Source: Dehalococcoidia bacterium (GTDB taxonomy: Bacteria > Chloroflexota > Dehalococcoidia > Plut-88900). Taken from it: a stretch of DNA of 64,000 bases. Each line of letters begins with the position of its first letter. Position 1 is the stretch's first letter. This document shows, piece after piece, positions 9,559-19,409 of the stretch. The notes under the pieces were generated by a model. It saw only the letters and a list, made by a program, of their open reading frames with translations. It was not told the origin of the DNA and did no database searches. The stretch spans positions 2,656,001-2,720,000 of the forward strand of contig OZ240215.1 in NCBI GenBank assembly GCA_965197585.1. Reading direction: 5' to 3'. A program made the translations under genes and the position numbers.

Positions 9559-9789
9559 ATGCCAACCACACCGAGGAACACCAGGACCATAACCTTCTCC
9601 CTGCCCCCGGAGATGGCGGAGGAGGTGCTGCAGGTGATGCGGGAGGAGGGGCGCACCATGAGCGAGCTTATCCGTGAGTCCCTCCGAAACTACATGGAGG
9701 AGCGGGGGTGGATCAGGGCCATGCGATACGAGAGGGTGAAGGCAAGGGAGAAATCGAAGGATGAGATGGAAAGAGGAATAAAGCCGTGA
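9559..9789 (+). CDS. Ribbon-helix-helix (CopG-like) protein
   Basis: TITFSLPPEM...RTMSELIRESLRNY. Confidence 0.8.
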   Translation: MPTTPRNTRTITFSLPPEMAEEVLQVMREEGRTMSELIRESLRNYMEERGWIRAMRYERVKAREKSKDEMERGIKP

Positions 9790-11594
9790 AGAAGTACGAT
9801 AAACTGATACCGGCGGCCCTGTATGCCAGGGTATCCAGCGAACGGCAGGACGTGGACCTGTCAGTGTCCGCGCAGTTGAGGGCCCTCCGGGACTACGCCG
9901 AGAAGAACGGCTACATAGTGGCAAGGGAGTACATCGACGAGGCGGAGAGCGGACGCATCGCCGATAGGCCCGAGTTCCAGAAGATGCTGAACGAGGCCAG
10001 CAGGCCCGAGGCTCCCTTCCAGGAGATCCTCGTATGGAAATTCTCCCGGTTCACCCGTAAGCGGGAGCACGCCGTCGCCTTCAAGTCCATGCTTAGGCGG
10101 CGCGGTGTCAGGGTCGTCTCCATCACTGAGAAGGCCGACGACACTCCTACGGGCAAGCTACTTGAGGCCATCATCGAGAGCGTGGACGAGTTTTACAGCG
10201 AGAATCTGGCCCAGGAGGTCACGAGGGGCATGCGCGAGTCGGCTTCCAGAGGGTTCTGGATGACGACCAACGCCCCCTACGGCTACAAGAGGGTCTATGT
10301 CCAGGACGGGGCGAAGAAGCGCCCGAAGCTGGAACTGAACCCGCCGGCGGACGCCGTGGTCCGCCGCATCTTTGACATGGTCCTCCAGGGTAAGAGCATT
10401 CTCGACGTGACCAAGACACTCAACGCCGAGGGCATCCCCACCACCAACGGCAAGAAATGGCTCAAGACCACCATCCACACCATGCTCGACAACGAAGCTT
10501 ACACGGGGACTTTGGTCTGGGGAACCAATGCCAAGGACGGCGCTCCCCCGGTCAGGGTGGAGGAAGCCTTCCCCGCCATCGTTAGCAAGCAGGAGTTCCG
10601 AAGGGCCAAGAAGCTGCTGGGGTCCCGCGCACCCGAGAGGGTCCACCCCAGGCGGGCATCCAGCCCCTACCTGCTCAGCGGCCTTCTCAGGTGCGAGGTC
10701 TGCGGGAAGTGCCTCACGGCAGCCGAGGCCAAGAGCGGCAAGTACACATACTATGTATGCCAGTCCATGCTCAAGAGGGGCCCGGGGGCCTGCAGTGCGC
10801 CGAGGCTCAACGCCAGGACCTTCGAGAAGCTCATCGTCGATCAGATCAGAGAGAACGTTCTCACTGAGTCCAACATCCGCGACCTGGTGAGGCTGCTCGA
10901 CGAGGAGATGGACGGGGTGGCAGGGGAGCAGCGGGAGCGGCTGGCGACCATCGAGGGGGAGCTTGAGGACGTGAAGCGCAGGCTAGGCCGCATCTGGCAG
11001 GCCATCGAGACCACCGACATAGAAATGTCTGACGCCTCCGAGCGCATCAAGGAGCACCGGGAGCGCAAGGAGAGGCTGGAGATTGCCGCCGAGGAGGCGC
11101 GGGAGCTGCTCTCAGAACGGCGGCATTTCCTGGACAGCGCCGACACCATCGCCGCCTTCGCGGAGGACATGAGTGAGTTCCTGAAGACCAGTGAACTGAC
11201 CGAGACCAAGGCCTTCGTTCGGTCCTTCGTCAAGGAAATCGCCATCGGCAGCGGCAGGGCCGTCATTCTCTACTCACTGCCCACGCCGGAGGACAGCCCC
11301 ATAGGGAGCGTGGACAACGCCGAGGTCGCCCTGGACGGGCGAGTTATGAGTACAGTACGTTGTGGTACCCCCAACGGGATTCGAACCCGTGATCTCCGCC
11401 TTGAAAGGGCGGTGTCCTTGGCCGCTAGACGATGGGGGCGCGCGAAAACCGGTCGGCTGAAAATCGCCCGCCGTATGAAAACACACGCAAGGTCCAGTTG
11501 CAACCGGGGAGTGGGGCGCTGTCCTTGTGAATCAAGCGGGCATAGCCTATCATCACAAGATGCGCGGGCACGAGTTCCTGGAACGTGTGCGTAG
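9786..11594 (+). CDS. Large serine recombinase (integrase); C-terminus reads through the att/tRNA
   Basis: YARVSS catalytic Ser, FSRFTR, recombinase domain, Zn ribbon CEVCG...YYVC, coiled coil; recognisable protein ends near 11360. Confidence 0.92.
   Translation: MKKYDKLIPAALYARVSSERQDVDLSVSAQLRALRDYAEKNGYIVAREYIDEAESGRIADRPEFQKMLNEASRPEAPFQEILVWKFSRFTRKREHAVAFKSMLRRRGVRVVSITEKADDTPTGKLLEAIIESVDEFYSENLAQEVTRGMRESASRGFWMTTNAPYGYKRVYVQDGAKKRPKLELNPPADAVVRRIFDMVLQGKSILDVTKTLNAEGIPTTNGKKWLKTTIHTMLDNEAYTGTLVWGTNAKDGAPPVRVEEAFPAIVSKQEFRRAKKLLGSRAPERVHPRRASSPYLLSGLLRCEVCGKCLTAAEAKSGKYTYYVCQSMLKRGPGACSAPRLNARTFEKLIVDQIRENVLTESNIRDLVRLLDEEMDGVAGEQRERLATIEGELEDVKRRLGRIWQAIETTDIEMSDASERIKEHRERKERLEIAAEEARELLSERRHFLDSADTIAAFAEDMSEFLKTSELTETKAFVRSFVKEIAIGSGRAVILYSLPTPEDSPIGSVDNAEVALDGRVMSTVRCGTPNGIRTRDLRLERAVSLAARRWGRAKTGRLKIARRMKTHARSSCNRGVGRCPCESSGHSLSSQDARARVPGTCA
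11363..11439 (-). tRNA. tRNA-Glu(TTC)
   Basis: GCCCCCA/TGGGGGT acceptor stem, anticodon arm CCGCC-CTTTCAA-GGCGG, GGTTCGAATCC T-arm, encoded CCA. Confidence 0.97.
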
Positions 11595-11775
11595 GATCGG
11601 CAAGAAGCGACGCATTACTGTCCGCATTGACGTAAAAAGGGGCAAAGGCAGTCACGCTATACTCTACTTCGCTGGACGTAAGGCTACCTTAAAGGATCCT
11701 AGGAAAGAGATATCCCCTAACCTATTATCAGACATGCTGCGACAGCTTGGCTTGACTCGCCGGGACTTGTTCTAA
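11560..11775 (+). CDS. hicA: HicA-family toxin
   Basis: RGKGSH motif, small basic protein upstream of HicB. Confidence 0.85.
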   Translation: MRGHEFLERVRRIGKKRRITVRIDVKRGKGSHAILYFAGRKATLKDPRKEISPNLLSDMLRQLGLTRRDLF

Positions 11776-11793
11776 AGCGTTAGGAAGGCGCAT

Positions 11794-12231
11794 ATGCGAT
11801 TCGTATATCCTGCACGACTACGTCGTGCCTCAGCCGATGAGATTGTCGTTTCTTTCCGAGACCTCCCCGAGTGCCTGACCTCCGGCAGGGACGAAGCTGA
11901 AGCCCTGTTCGAGGCACAGGACGCCCTCGAAGAAGCTATCGCAGGCCGCATTGACGATGCCGAGTGTATACCTATACCGAGCCCCAGGAAGAACGGAGAG
12001 TGGCTGGTAGCCGTACCCACCGCTACTGCCGCCAAGGCCGCTCTTGCCCTAGCGCTACGGGACAGCGGTCTCTCCCACGCCGAGTTCGCCAAACTTTTCC
12101 GCACCGACGAAGAGTCCGTTCGGCGCATGCTCGACCCGCGGCACCGTACATCATCCGACCGAATTGGGAAAGCGCTCCATGCCCTGGGCCGGCAAATCGC
12201 CGTAGAGCTTCGGGAACTGACTCCCGCCTAG
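11794..12231 (+). CDS. hicB: HicB-family antitoxin with C-terminal HTH
   Basis: YPA...VSFRDLPECLTSG..EAL..A.DAL...IPIPS. Confidence 0.88.
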   Translation: MRFVYPARLRRASADEIVVSFRDLPECLTSGRDEAEALFEAQDALEEAIAGRIDDAECIPIPSPRKNGEWLVAVPTATAAKAALALALRDSGLSHAEFAKLFRTDEESVRRMLDPRHRTSSDRIGKALHALGRQIAVELRELTPA

Positions 12232-13259
12232 GGGAACAGGGCAAGGGACTCGAGTCCCATCTCCTCGGGATAGCCGGCCATCACGTTCATGTTCTGAATA
12301 GCCTGTCCCGCAGCGCCCTTGACCAAGTTGTCGATGCAGCTGACCACCATCACCCGACCCGTCCGAAGGTCGAGGGTTGGGTATACCAGGCAATAGTTGT
12401 TACCCCATGTCTGCTTGGTCTGGGGTGGCGCATCCACGACCCTGACAAAGGGCTCGCCCGCGTAGAATTCTCGATAAAGGCTTGTTAACTGCTCCCTGCC
12501 CTTCTCATCGACCGAAATGGAGGTGCCCGAAAGGGTGGCGTAGCAGGAACTCAGGATTCCCCGGGTCATGGGTATCAGGTGGGGTAGGAAGGTGATCTGA
12601 GCGTCGAGACTGGAGTCCAGCAGCGACACCTCCTGCACTATTTCCGGCAAGTGCCTGTGCCCGTCTATCCCGTAGGCTTTGACGTTCTCGTTCACTTCGG
12701 AGAAGTGGGTGTTCAGGCTGAGACCCCTCCCCGCCCCCGAGACCCCGGACTTGCTGTCTATGATTATGACCGGCTGGACAAGCTTCTCCTTTATCAGCGG
12801 GGCAAGGCCGAGAATCGCCGAGGTCGGGAAGCAGCCGGGGTTGGCAACCAACCGGGCTGACTCAATCTCCGATCGATAGAGCTCGGTGAGACCGTAGACC
12901 GCCTCCTCCTGAAGCGCAGCGCTTGCATGAGGAGTTTTGTACCAGTCTTCGTACTCGGCAGGAGAGCGTAGACGGAAGTCGGCGCTCAGGTCCACGACCC
13001 GTGAGCGGTCCTCCACTAAGGGCACGACCCTTTCGCCACTGGACTTGTGGGGTAGAGCAGAGAAGACCATCTCTTCCCCATTTGGCTCGGCTTCGATAAC
13101 CAAGTCGATATCGGAGAGGTGGGGGAACACTTCTCCCAGCTTTTGTCCCTGGGCGCTGCGGCCCGTGATCGAGGTAAGCTCTATTTCGGGGTGGTTGTGA
13201 AGCAGCCGGGCCAGCTCGGCCCCCGCGTAGCCGGTTACGTTAAGAATTGCAGTCTTCAA
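12228..13259 (-). CDS. argC: N-acetyl-gamma-glutamyl-phosphate reductase
   Basis: TGYAGAEL, DLSADFR, ANPGCF, SGVSGAG, DNLVKGAAGQA. Confidence 0.97.
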   Translation of the reverse strand: MKTAILNVTGYAGAELARLLHNHPEIELTSITGRSAQGQKLGEVFPHLSDIDLVIEAEPNGEEMVFSALPHKSSGERVVPLVEDRSRVVDLSADFRLRSPAEYEDWYKTPHASAALQEEAVYGLTELYRSEIESARLVANPGCFPTSAILGLAPLIKEKLVQPVIIIDSKSGVSGAGRGLSLNTHFSEVNENVKAYGIDGHRHLPEIVQEVSLLDSSLDAQITFLPHLIPMTRGILSSCYATLSGTSISVDEKGREQLTSLYREFYAGEPFVRVVDAPPQTKQTWGNNYCLVYPTLDLRTGRVMVVSCIDNLVKGAAGQAIQNMNVMAGYPEEMGLESLALFP

Positions 13260-13398
13260 CTCAGCATCTCCATAGGCTAAGGAAAGAGGCTACAGTCTGA
13301 CAATATCCGGTGGGGAAATCAAGGCTAAGTAATGTTTCCGTCCCATTGCTGGTCATCAAAAACAAGCGTCTTTAGAGATAATTCTTCTGAATATCCAG

Positions 13399-15153
13399 TT
13401 ACACAGCATTGACCACCTTCGCAATACGGTCCCGGAGTTTCTGCCGTCGAATTTCATAGTAACCGGCGAAGTCCTTGATCTCTCTTGGAACATCGCCTAG
13501 CAAGTGACGGTCACAGTAATTCTGGCGGGTCAATTCATCAGGACAGTGGACATCCAACCAGTCCGCGGGTAAGGAGGCGCGCTTCTCGTTGTTGACCGAG
13601 CGTTCCAGCAGCTGGAGATTCGCAAGGCGATCACAGCGGTCCCGAAATGTTTCAATCTGATCGCGTGCAACACCAGTGCCGTCCAGTAGATTAGATGTAA
13701 AACGGCTCTTTGGGAACACGTGGTCGATGTCAGATCCATCGTGGGACTCTAAATGAGGGAATAGTATAGTCAATAATGGGAAAATACGCCGGTCCGCCAA
13801 CCTCATGTCCGCTAAGTCTTCTATTTCCTCCTCCACAAAGTCCAGCATCTTCCCCCTTACTGCCATAACCACCCGAAGTTCTGCGGCAGGGAATTCGGAG
13901 CCAGATGAACTGCGGATCACCTCTCGCAGCCACGTTAGCAAGGTATCCAGACCACTGCCCCAAATCCCTGATTCTTTCAGAATAGACCTGGTCAACCAAC
14001 CTCGAATGATTTTGCGGTCATTAACGTAGTGATCGCTAGCCTCAAAGTTCCGAGGTGCCCCTTTCTTGTAAAGGTAATAGGCGATCGGGAGCAGTGAATT
14101 GGTGGCACGGATAGTTCTGCTATCGAATCCGAAACTGTCCACTAACTCTACCGTTTCCAGCAAAGCCTGCCGGATATTCGACCAATTGTCCTCCAAGACA
14201 GCCATGTTCTCATGAGTGAAGTTCTCGACCCGGAAGCCGACGCTGGCTATGTCGGTCAGCATGAGTCCTGCTTTCAGGACAAAGTCAGCGTTAAACAAAA
14301 GGCCGGGCCTAATCCTGTTCATTTCATCGACTAGTGCGTGGATTTCCTTTCTAGCGTCAAGTTTGTCCCACTGCGACACGGCAATGCTCAAGAGAAGATT
14401 GGCGTAGGAAAGGGGGGTGCCGCCGCTGTTGCACCGGATGAAGATGCTCAGGACTCGCTCGATGTCTTGACTCTTTTCCTCGTAATAGGCGATGACTTGC
14501 TCGACACAGATAGCTTGGTGGAGTCGGTTTAGTGTACGAAAGGCCAAGCGCTGTTGCTCAGTATCGAGGCCTTGGTCAGTTATCCAATCAAGCATGTCTG
14601 GGGCAGGGTTCTCCGTAGAGAAGCTCATAATGTCTGACACCCGGAACCACAAGCGAGAGTCTTCCAACCCAATGCGGTCCTCATTGACGAAAGCAAAAGT
14701 GTAGCGGCTGCCTTCTTCATCAGGGTCCGGGGGTGCCAACAAATCAAGTGCCAGTGCTTTATTGGGAAAGGCGTCTGAGCTATTCCACCACTTGTACGGC
14801 AATTTAACAGCCATAGAGCCGCGGAGACCTATATTGAATGCAGTCAACCGTTGTTGTCCATCAAGCACGGCGGTTAGTGGTTTGTCGTGAATAGGCCCAA
14901 GTTCCGGGCAGTGTGGGTCGTCACGCTGATGGTATCTCCGAACGAAGTCGTACCAACGGTATTGACCGGAACTCTCGGCCTCAACCCTCCAGAACATGAA
15001 CTCGCCAAACGGATAGCCTTGCATCACGCTGTCAAATAGATTGCATACTTGTTCCGGGCGCCATACGAACTCCCTTTGTATCGCAGGCAAAACATATTCA
15101 TGCAATGCGACGCTATCTAATGCCTCTTTAATGGTACCGCCTTGTTGGTGCAT
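13399..15153 (-). CDS. DUF262 + DUF1524/HNH protein (GmrSD-like type IV restriction)
   Basis: LPAIQREFVW, LDGQQRLT, FIRCNSGG; C-terminal DHVFP...ANLQLL...N. Confidence 0.85.
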   Translation of the reverse strand: MHQQGGTIKEALDSVALHEYVLPAIQREFVWRPEQVCNLFDSVMQGYPFGEFMFWRVEAESSGQYRWYDFVRRYHQRDDPHCPELGPIHDKPLTAVLDGQQRLTAFNIGLRGSMAVKLPYKWWNSSDAFPNKALALDLLAPPDPDEEGSRYTFAFVNEDRIGLEDSRLWFRVSDIMSFSTENPAPDMLDWITDQGLDTEQQRLAFRTLNRLHQAICVEQVIAYYEEKSQDIERVLSIFIRCNSGGTPLSYANLLLSIAVSQWDKLDARKEIHALVDEMNRIRPGLLFNADFVLKAGLMLTDIASVGFRVENFTHENMAVLEDNWSNIRQALLETVELVDSFGFDSRTIRATNSLLPIAYYLYKKGAPRNFEASDHYVNDRKIIRGWLTRSILKESGIWGSGLDTLLTWLREVIRSSSGSEFPAAELRVVMAVRGKMLDFVEEEIEDLADMRLADRRIFPLLTILFPHLESHDGSDIDHVFPKSRFTSNLLDGTGVARDQIETFRDRCDRLANLQLLERSVNNEKRASLPADWLDVHCPDELTRQNYCDRHLLGDVPREIKDFAGYYEIRRQKLRDRIAKVVNAV

Positions 15154-15298
15154 TTATTTTTCTCCACTTGAGTGCAATGGGCAACACATAGGCAGGGTAC
15201 AATCGTGTCGCCTCATCTACTAAATCCACTAGACCCTACAGTCCCCAATAATCCCTGCGTGATCGTGCTCTATAGTAAAGACTATGAGCGTAACCCCC

Positions 15299-16039
15299 TC
15301 ACTTACCCCTGGTTTTGCGTCGCAGCTCGCTCGCCGGGCACTGGTCCTCCAGCACGCACATATCACAAAGGGGCCTCTGCGCCTTACATACCTGCCTGCC
15401 GTGAGCGATGATGTAGATGTGCGCCCCGAGAACGTCATCGGGCGGGACCTTGGCTTCTAGAATGTCATGGGCGTCGTCCGCCGACACCTTGGCCCCGATC
15501 AGATTGAGCCGTTTCGCCACCCTGTGAACGTGGGTGTCGACGATCATCGCAGGCATGCCGAGGGAGAAGAGCAGTACACACCCCACGGTCTTGGGCCCGA
15601 CCCCCGGCAGTTCCAGCAGCCACTTCTTCGCCTCTGCCAGTGGCATTTCGGCCAGGAAGGAGAGGTCCCAGGAGCCGTTTCGCTCAAGCACAGCAGAAAG
15701 AATTTCCTGGAGTCTCGGGGCCTTGACCTTGGCCAGCCCTCCTATCTTTATCGAGTCGGCCAGGGCCTCAACCTCGGCACTCAGCACATCCTCCCAGCTC
15801 GGGAAGGTCTGCTTCAGTCTGGCAAAGGCGCGGTAGGAGTTGACGTCCGAGGTGTGCTGGGACAATACCGTGAAAATGAGCTCCGACAGCGGGTCGTAAG
15901 GGCGGGGAGCGGTAGGCGGGCCATAAACGGGACCCAGCCTCGCCATCAGTTCTGCAATTGGGATGTGCTTTATGGTGCGGCCCCTCAATGGGGATGGTCT
16001 GCGGCGTCGGGCCGGGGGCTTGGTCTTTGGTGTAGGCAT
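15299..16039 (-). CDS. nth: Endonuclease III (HhH-GPD glycosylase)
   Basis: VLSQHTSD, LPGVGPKT, VDTHVHR, C-x6-C-x2-C-x5-C. Confidence 0.9.
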   Translation of the reverse strand: MPTPKTKPPARRRRPSPLRGRTIKHIPIAELMARLGPVYGPPTAPRPYDPLSELIFTVLSQHTSDVNSYRAFARLKQTFPSWEDVLSAEVEALADSIKIGGLAKVKAPRLQEILSAVLERNGSWDLSFLAEMPLAEAKKWLLELPGVGPKTVGCVLLFSLGMPAMIVDTHVHRVAKRLNLIGAKVSADDAHDILEAKVPPDDVLGAHIYIIAHGRQVCKAQRPLCDMCVLEDQCPASELRRKTRGK

Positions 16040-16224
16040 ATGTCAACAAACCTAGGCTATAGTTCACTCTATTCTACCGCTTGAGCGTTGGACTATCGAA
16101 GCATGGCAAAAGGGTTGGCAGTCGCGCTGCAGGTCGTCAAAGCTACTGGAACCAAGCCCTCCCCCAATGGTTCAAATTTATCGCAAACTTTGCTACGTTC
16201 GCCTGCCACCTTCCCCCACCCCAC

Positions 16225-16312
16225 CGTCATTCCCGACCCCGATCGGGAATCCAGGGTCGTGAGTCCGCCTATGTTGTCGAAGATGGAACATCCGCCCGTG
16301 GAGGATCCGCCT
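16225..16312. repeat. REP-like cluster (GTCATTCCCG..CGGGAATCC plus ATCCGCC repeat)
   Basis: Related copies in reverse orientation at ~59897-59926 and 59001-59036. Confidence 0.7.
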
Positions 16313-16636
16313 ATGTCCGGAGTCTGCCAAAGTACGAGCGGATAATGGGCCTATTGTGACATGGGCCTATTGCCTCGACCCCACACCACCACCCTATAAT
16401 GGTCTATGCCCACCCTCGTCCCAATCACTGTACCCTCCACCCAAGGGGGCGGCTGAAAATTTTCTCTCATATCAATCAAGCAGGCACGGTTTTTTGATTG
16501 AGACAATCAAAAGCCCTATTTATGACAAGCAGATGTTCCCGTTCATCGAACGATTATATCCTCTGGTCTAGAAACCCCAGACCCTGTTAAACTGCCTTTC
16601 CTGTCATTTGAAGTTCGACCCCCTGGAGGGAGCCCC

Positions 16637-18004
16637 ATGCCCGACCTGCGTGACCAGATATCCGAAGCCCTGAAGGGTCACGGCGCCGACTACGTGGAGG
16701 TCCGTATAGAGGAAGGGGAGTCGACGCGGCTGCTGTACAGGGGCAGAGAGCTGGAAGACGTGGGCATGACCACCAGCCTTGGAGGAAACGTCCGGGCACT
16801 GGTGAACGGAGGATGGGGGTTCGTCAGCTTCAACAATGTCGAAGGTCTGAAAGATCGGGTGGAGAACGCGGTGCGGCAGGCAAGGCTGGTGGGGCACGAG
16901 AAGAGCGAACTGGCAGGCATCGACCCCATCGTTGACATCGTTGGACCACAATTGGATAAAGACCCTCGCTCCCTGACACTGGCTCAGAAGAAAGACCTGA
17001 TGGACCAGTACAACGGCGTCATGTGGGAGGTTGAGGGCATACAGACAACGCTGATAGGGTACGGGGACGGCCACAAGCGGGTAGTCTTCGCCAGTTCAGA
17101 AGGCAGTTACATAGAGCAGCAGAGAGTCGACGTGAGCCTGCGATTGTCGGCTACGGCACGGGACGGGGCGGAAGTGCAGCAGGCCGGCGTCAGCCTGGGC
17201 AGCAACGGTAACTTCTCCGTGGTGGAAGGACTTCATCAGCAGTCCCGTGACATAGCAGAGAAGGCAGTGAGCCTGCTCTCGGCGCCCAAGGTCAGAGGAG
17301 GCGAATACACCGTAATCCTCGACCCCGTACTGGCAGGGGTTTTCACCCACGAGGCCTTCGGCCACCTCTCCGAGTCTGACCACGTCTACGAGAACGACCG
17401 GCTCAAAGAGGTAATGGTTCTCGGGCGGCAGTTCGGGGGCGAACACCTGAACATAGTGGATGGGGCTGTCGTCCCGGGCCTGAGGGGTAGCTATAAGTAC
17501 GATGACGAGGGCGTCCCTGCGACTCGGTCGTACCTGATCAAGGAAGGGGAACTGGTGGGTCGGCTCCATTCCCGGGAGACGGCGGGCAAGATGGGCGAGC
17601 CGCTCTCCGGCAACGCCCGTGCCATCGACTTCAGATTCGAACCCATAGTCCGCATGACAAACACCTTCATCGAGCCCGGTTCCACAACGTTCGAAGAGAT
17701 GATTTCCGACGTGAAGGAGGGCGTGTACGCCTGCGACTGGTATGGCGGCATGACCAGCATGGAGATGTTCACCTTCTCAGCGCGGGAGGCGTATATGATC
17801 CGGGACGGGAAAGTCGCGGAGCTTCTGCGCCCCGTGACCCTTTCCGGCAACGTCTTCGAGACCCTTAAGAACCTGGACGCTGTAGGCAACGACCTGGACA
17901 TGAACCAGGGCGGCGGCTGTGGAAAGGGCGGGCAATCGCCGTTGCCGGTGTCCAACGGCAGCCCTCATATACGAATAGCAAAATGCCTTGTTGGAGGCGC
18001 GTAG
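16637..18004 (+). CDS. tldD: TldD-family metalloprotease
   Basis: HEAFGH.SESD, YDDEG, RMTNT, GCGKGGQ. Confidence 0.93.
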   Translation: MPDLRDQISEALKGHGADYVEVRIEEGESTRLLYRGRELEDVGMTTSLGGNVRALVNGGWGFVSFNNVEGLKDRVENAVRQARLVGHEKSELAGIDPIVDIVGPQLDKDPRSLTLAQKKDLMDQYNGVMWEVEGIQTTLIGYGDGHKRVVFASSEGSYIEQQRVDVSLRLSATARDGAEVQQAGVSLGSNGNFSVVEGLHQQSRDIAEKAVSLLSAPKVRGGEYTVILDPVLAGVFTHEAFGHLSESDHVYENDRLKEVMVLGRQFGGEHLNIVDGAVVPGLRGSYKYDDEGVPATRSYLIKEGELVGRLHSRETAGKMGEPLSGNARAIDFRFEPIVRMTNTFIEPGSTTFEEMISDVKEGVYACDWYGGMTSMEMFTFSAREAYMIRDGKVAELLRPVTLSGNVFETLKNLDAVGNDLDMNQGGGCGKGGQSPLPVSNGSPHIRIAKCLVGGA

Positions 18005-19312
18005 TTGGAAGAGATTTTAAAGGCGGCACTTAAGGTCGCAGACGCCGCGGACCTGTTCTGGGTCGAGAGCCGGTCAACCCCCGTAGCCTTCGAATCGAAC
18101 CGTCTGAAACATCTCCAGACCAAAGAATCCCGGGGAGTGGGGCTGAGGATCATAAAGGACGGGCGTATCGGCTTCTCCGCCACCAACCGTATGGAGGACG
18201 TCGACGGCATAGTCAGCAGGGCCCTTGAGGTCTCTCCCTACGGCGCCAAGGCTGAATTCAGCCTGCCATCCTCCGCAGAACACCCCGAGGTCCCGACCTA
18301 CGACCCCGAAGTTCCGCAGGTATCCATCGAGAAGATGGTCGAACTGTCTCAGGCCATGGTGGACGGTGTCCTTGCCGACCATCCGGACGTGCTGTGTGAT
18401 GCGGGCGTCTCGCAGTCCGTGGTCAAAGTAAGGATACTGAACAGCGAGGGTCTGGACGCCTCATACGAGAAGACGGTCTTCGCCATGGGGTTGGGAGGCA
18501 CACTGGTACGGGGCACGGACATGCTCTTCGTCGGGGATGGAGAGAGCTCCTGCAGGCCCATAACTGACGCCTCCGAGATTGTGGCCCGGGTCACGGGCCA
18601 GTTGGACCAGGCTCATGATATGGCCGAGGTCACCACGGGCAGATTTCCCGTGGTATTCACCCCCGACGCCGTTGCCGGTCTGCTCCTCTCTCCCCTCCTG
18701 GTAGGCTTCAACGGAAAGACCGTGCTGCAGGGCTCTTCCCCCCTCGTGGGAAGGCTCGGCGAAAAGATTATCGATGAGCGTTTCTCCCTATATGACGACG
18801 GCACTATCGCCTACCGCCCCGGGAGCCGACCCTGGGACGATGAAGGGATACCCACCAGGATAACGCCCCTAATCGAGAATGGTGTAGCCCGAAACTTCAT
18901 CTACGACCTGAAGACAGCGGCCCAGGCCGGAGCGGAGTCCACGGGCAACGCTTCCCGCGGCGCGGGGTCCCTTCCTTCCCCTTCTACATGCGTTATTTCC
19001 ATCGCCGAGGGCGACATGTCCTTCGAAGACATGATCGCAGACATGAAAGAAGGTCTGGTTGTTGAGCGTTTCCTGGGCGCTGGGCAGACCAACATTCTGG
19101 CCGGCGACTTCAGTGGTAACGTCCTGCTGGGGTATAAGGTTGAAAACGGGCGCATGGTGGGCCGGGTGAAGAACAGTATGCTCTCCGGCAACGTATACGA
19201 AACGCTCAACAACCTCATAGCTATTGGCAGTAAGGCGAGGTGGCGGGGTGGTTCACTACGGACACCGCACCTCTATTGCTGTAACGTATCAGTGGCCAAG
19301 ACGGAGGGGTAG
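18005..19312 (+). CDS. pmbA: PmbA/TldE-family protein
   Basis: GVGLRII.DGRIGFS, DDEG, STGNA; lacks HExxH; adjacent to tldD. Confidence 0.9.
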   Translation: MEEILKAALKVADAADLFWVESRSTPVAFESNRLKHLQTKESRGVGLRIIKDGRIGFSATNRMEDVDGIVSRALEVSPYGAKAEFSLPSSAEHPEVPTYDPEVPQVSIEKMVELSQAMVDGVLADHPDVLCDAGVSQSVVKVRILNSEGLDASYEKTVFAMGLGGTLVRGTDMLFVGDGESSCRPITDASEIVARVTGQLDQAHDMAEVTTGRFPVVFTPDAVAGLLLSPLLVGFNGKTVLQGSSPLVGRLGEKIIDERFSLYDDGTIAYRPGSRPWDDEGIPTRITPLIENGVARNFIYDLKTAAQAGAESTGNASRGAGSLPSPSTCVISIAEGDMSFEDMIADMKEGLVVERFLGAGQTNILAGDFSGNVLLGYKVENGRMVGRVKNSMLSGNVYETLNNLIAIGSKARWRGGSLRTPHLYCCNVSVAKTEG

Positions 19313-19409
19313 ACGCTAGAAACGAATCAATACAGTCCTGGAAGTAATTGACCGCAATATACGGCGTACCTAAAATCGAGCTAGGAGTAGATTTACGAGC
19401 AACGAATCC

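Larger units (their letters stand above)
1..11365. mobile_element. Integrative element/genomic island (right portion) inserted at the 3' end of tRNA-Glu; left end lies outside the window
   Basis: Large serine recombinase abutting the tRNA 3' end, XRE/ImmA-type regulators, Replic_Relax-like gene, lower-GC cargo; housekeeping genes resume after the tRNA. Confidence 0.85.
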
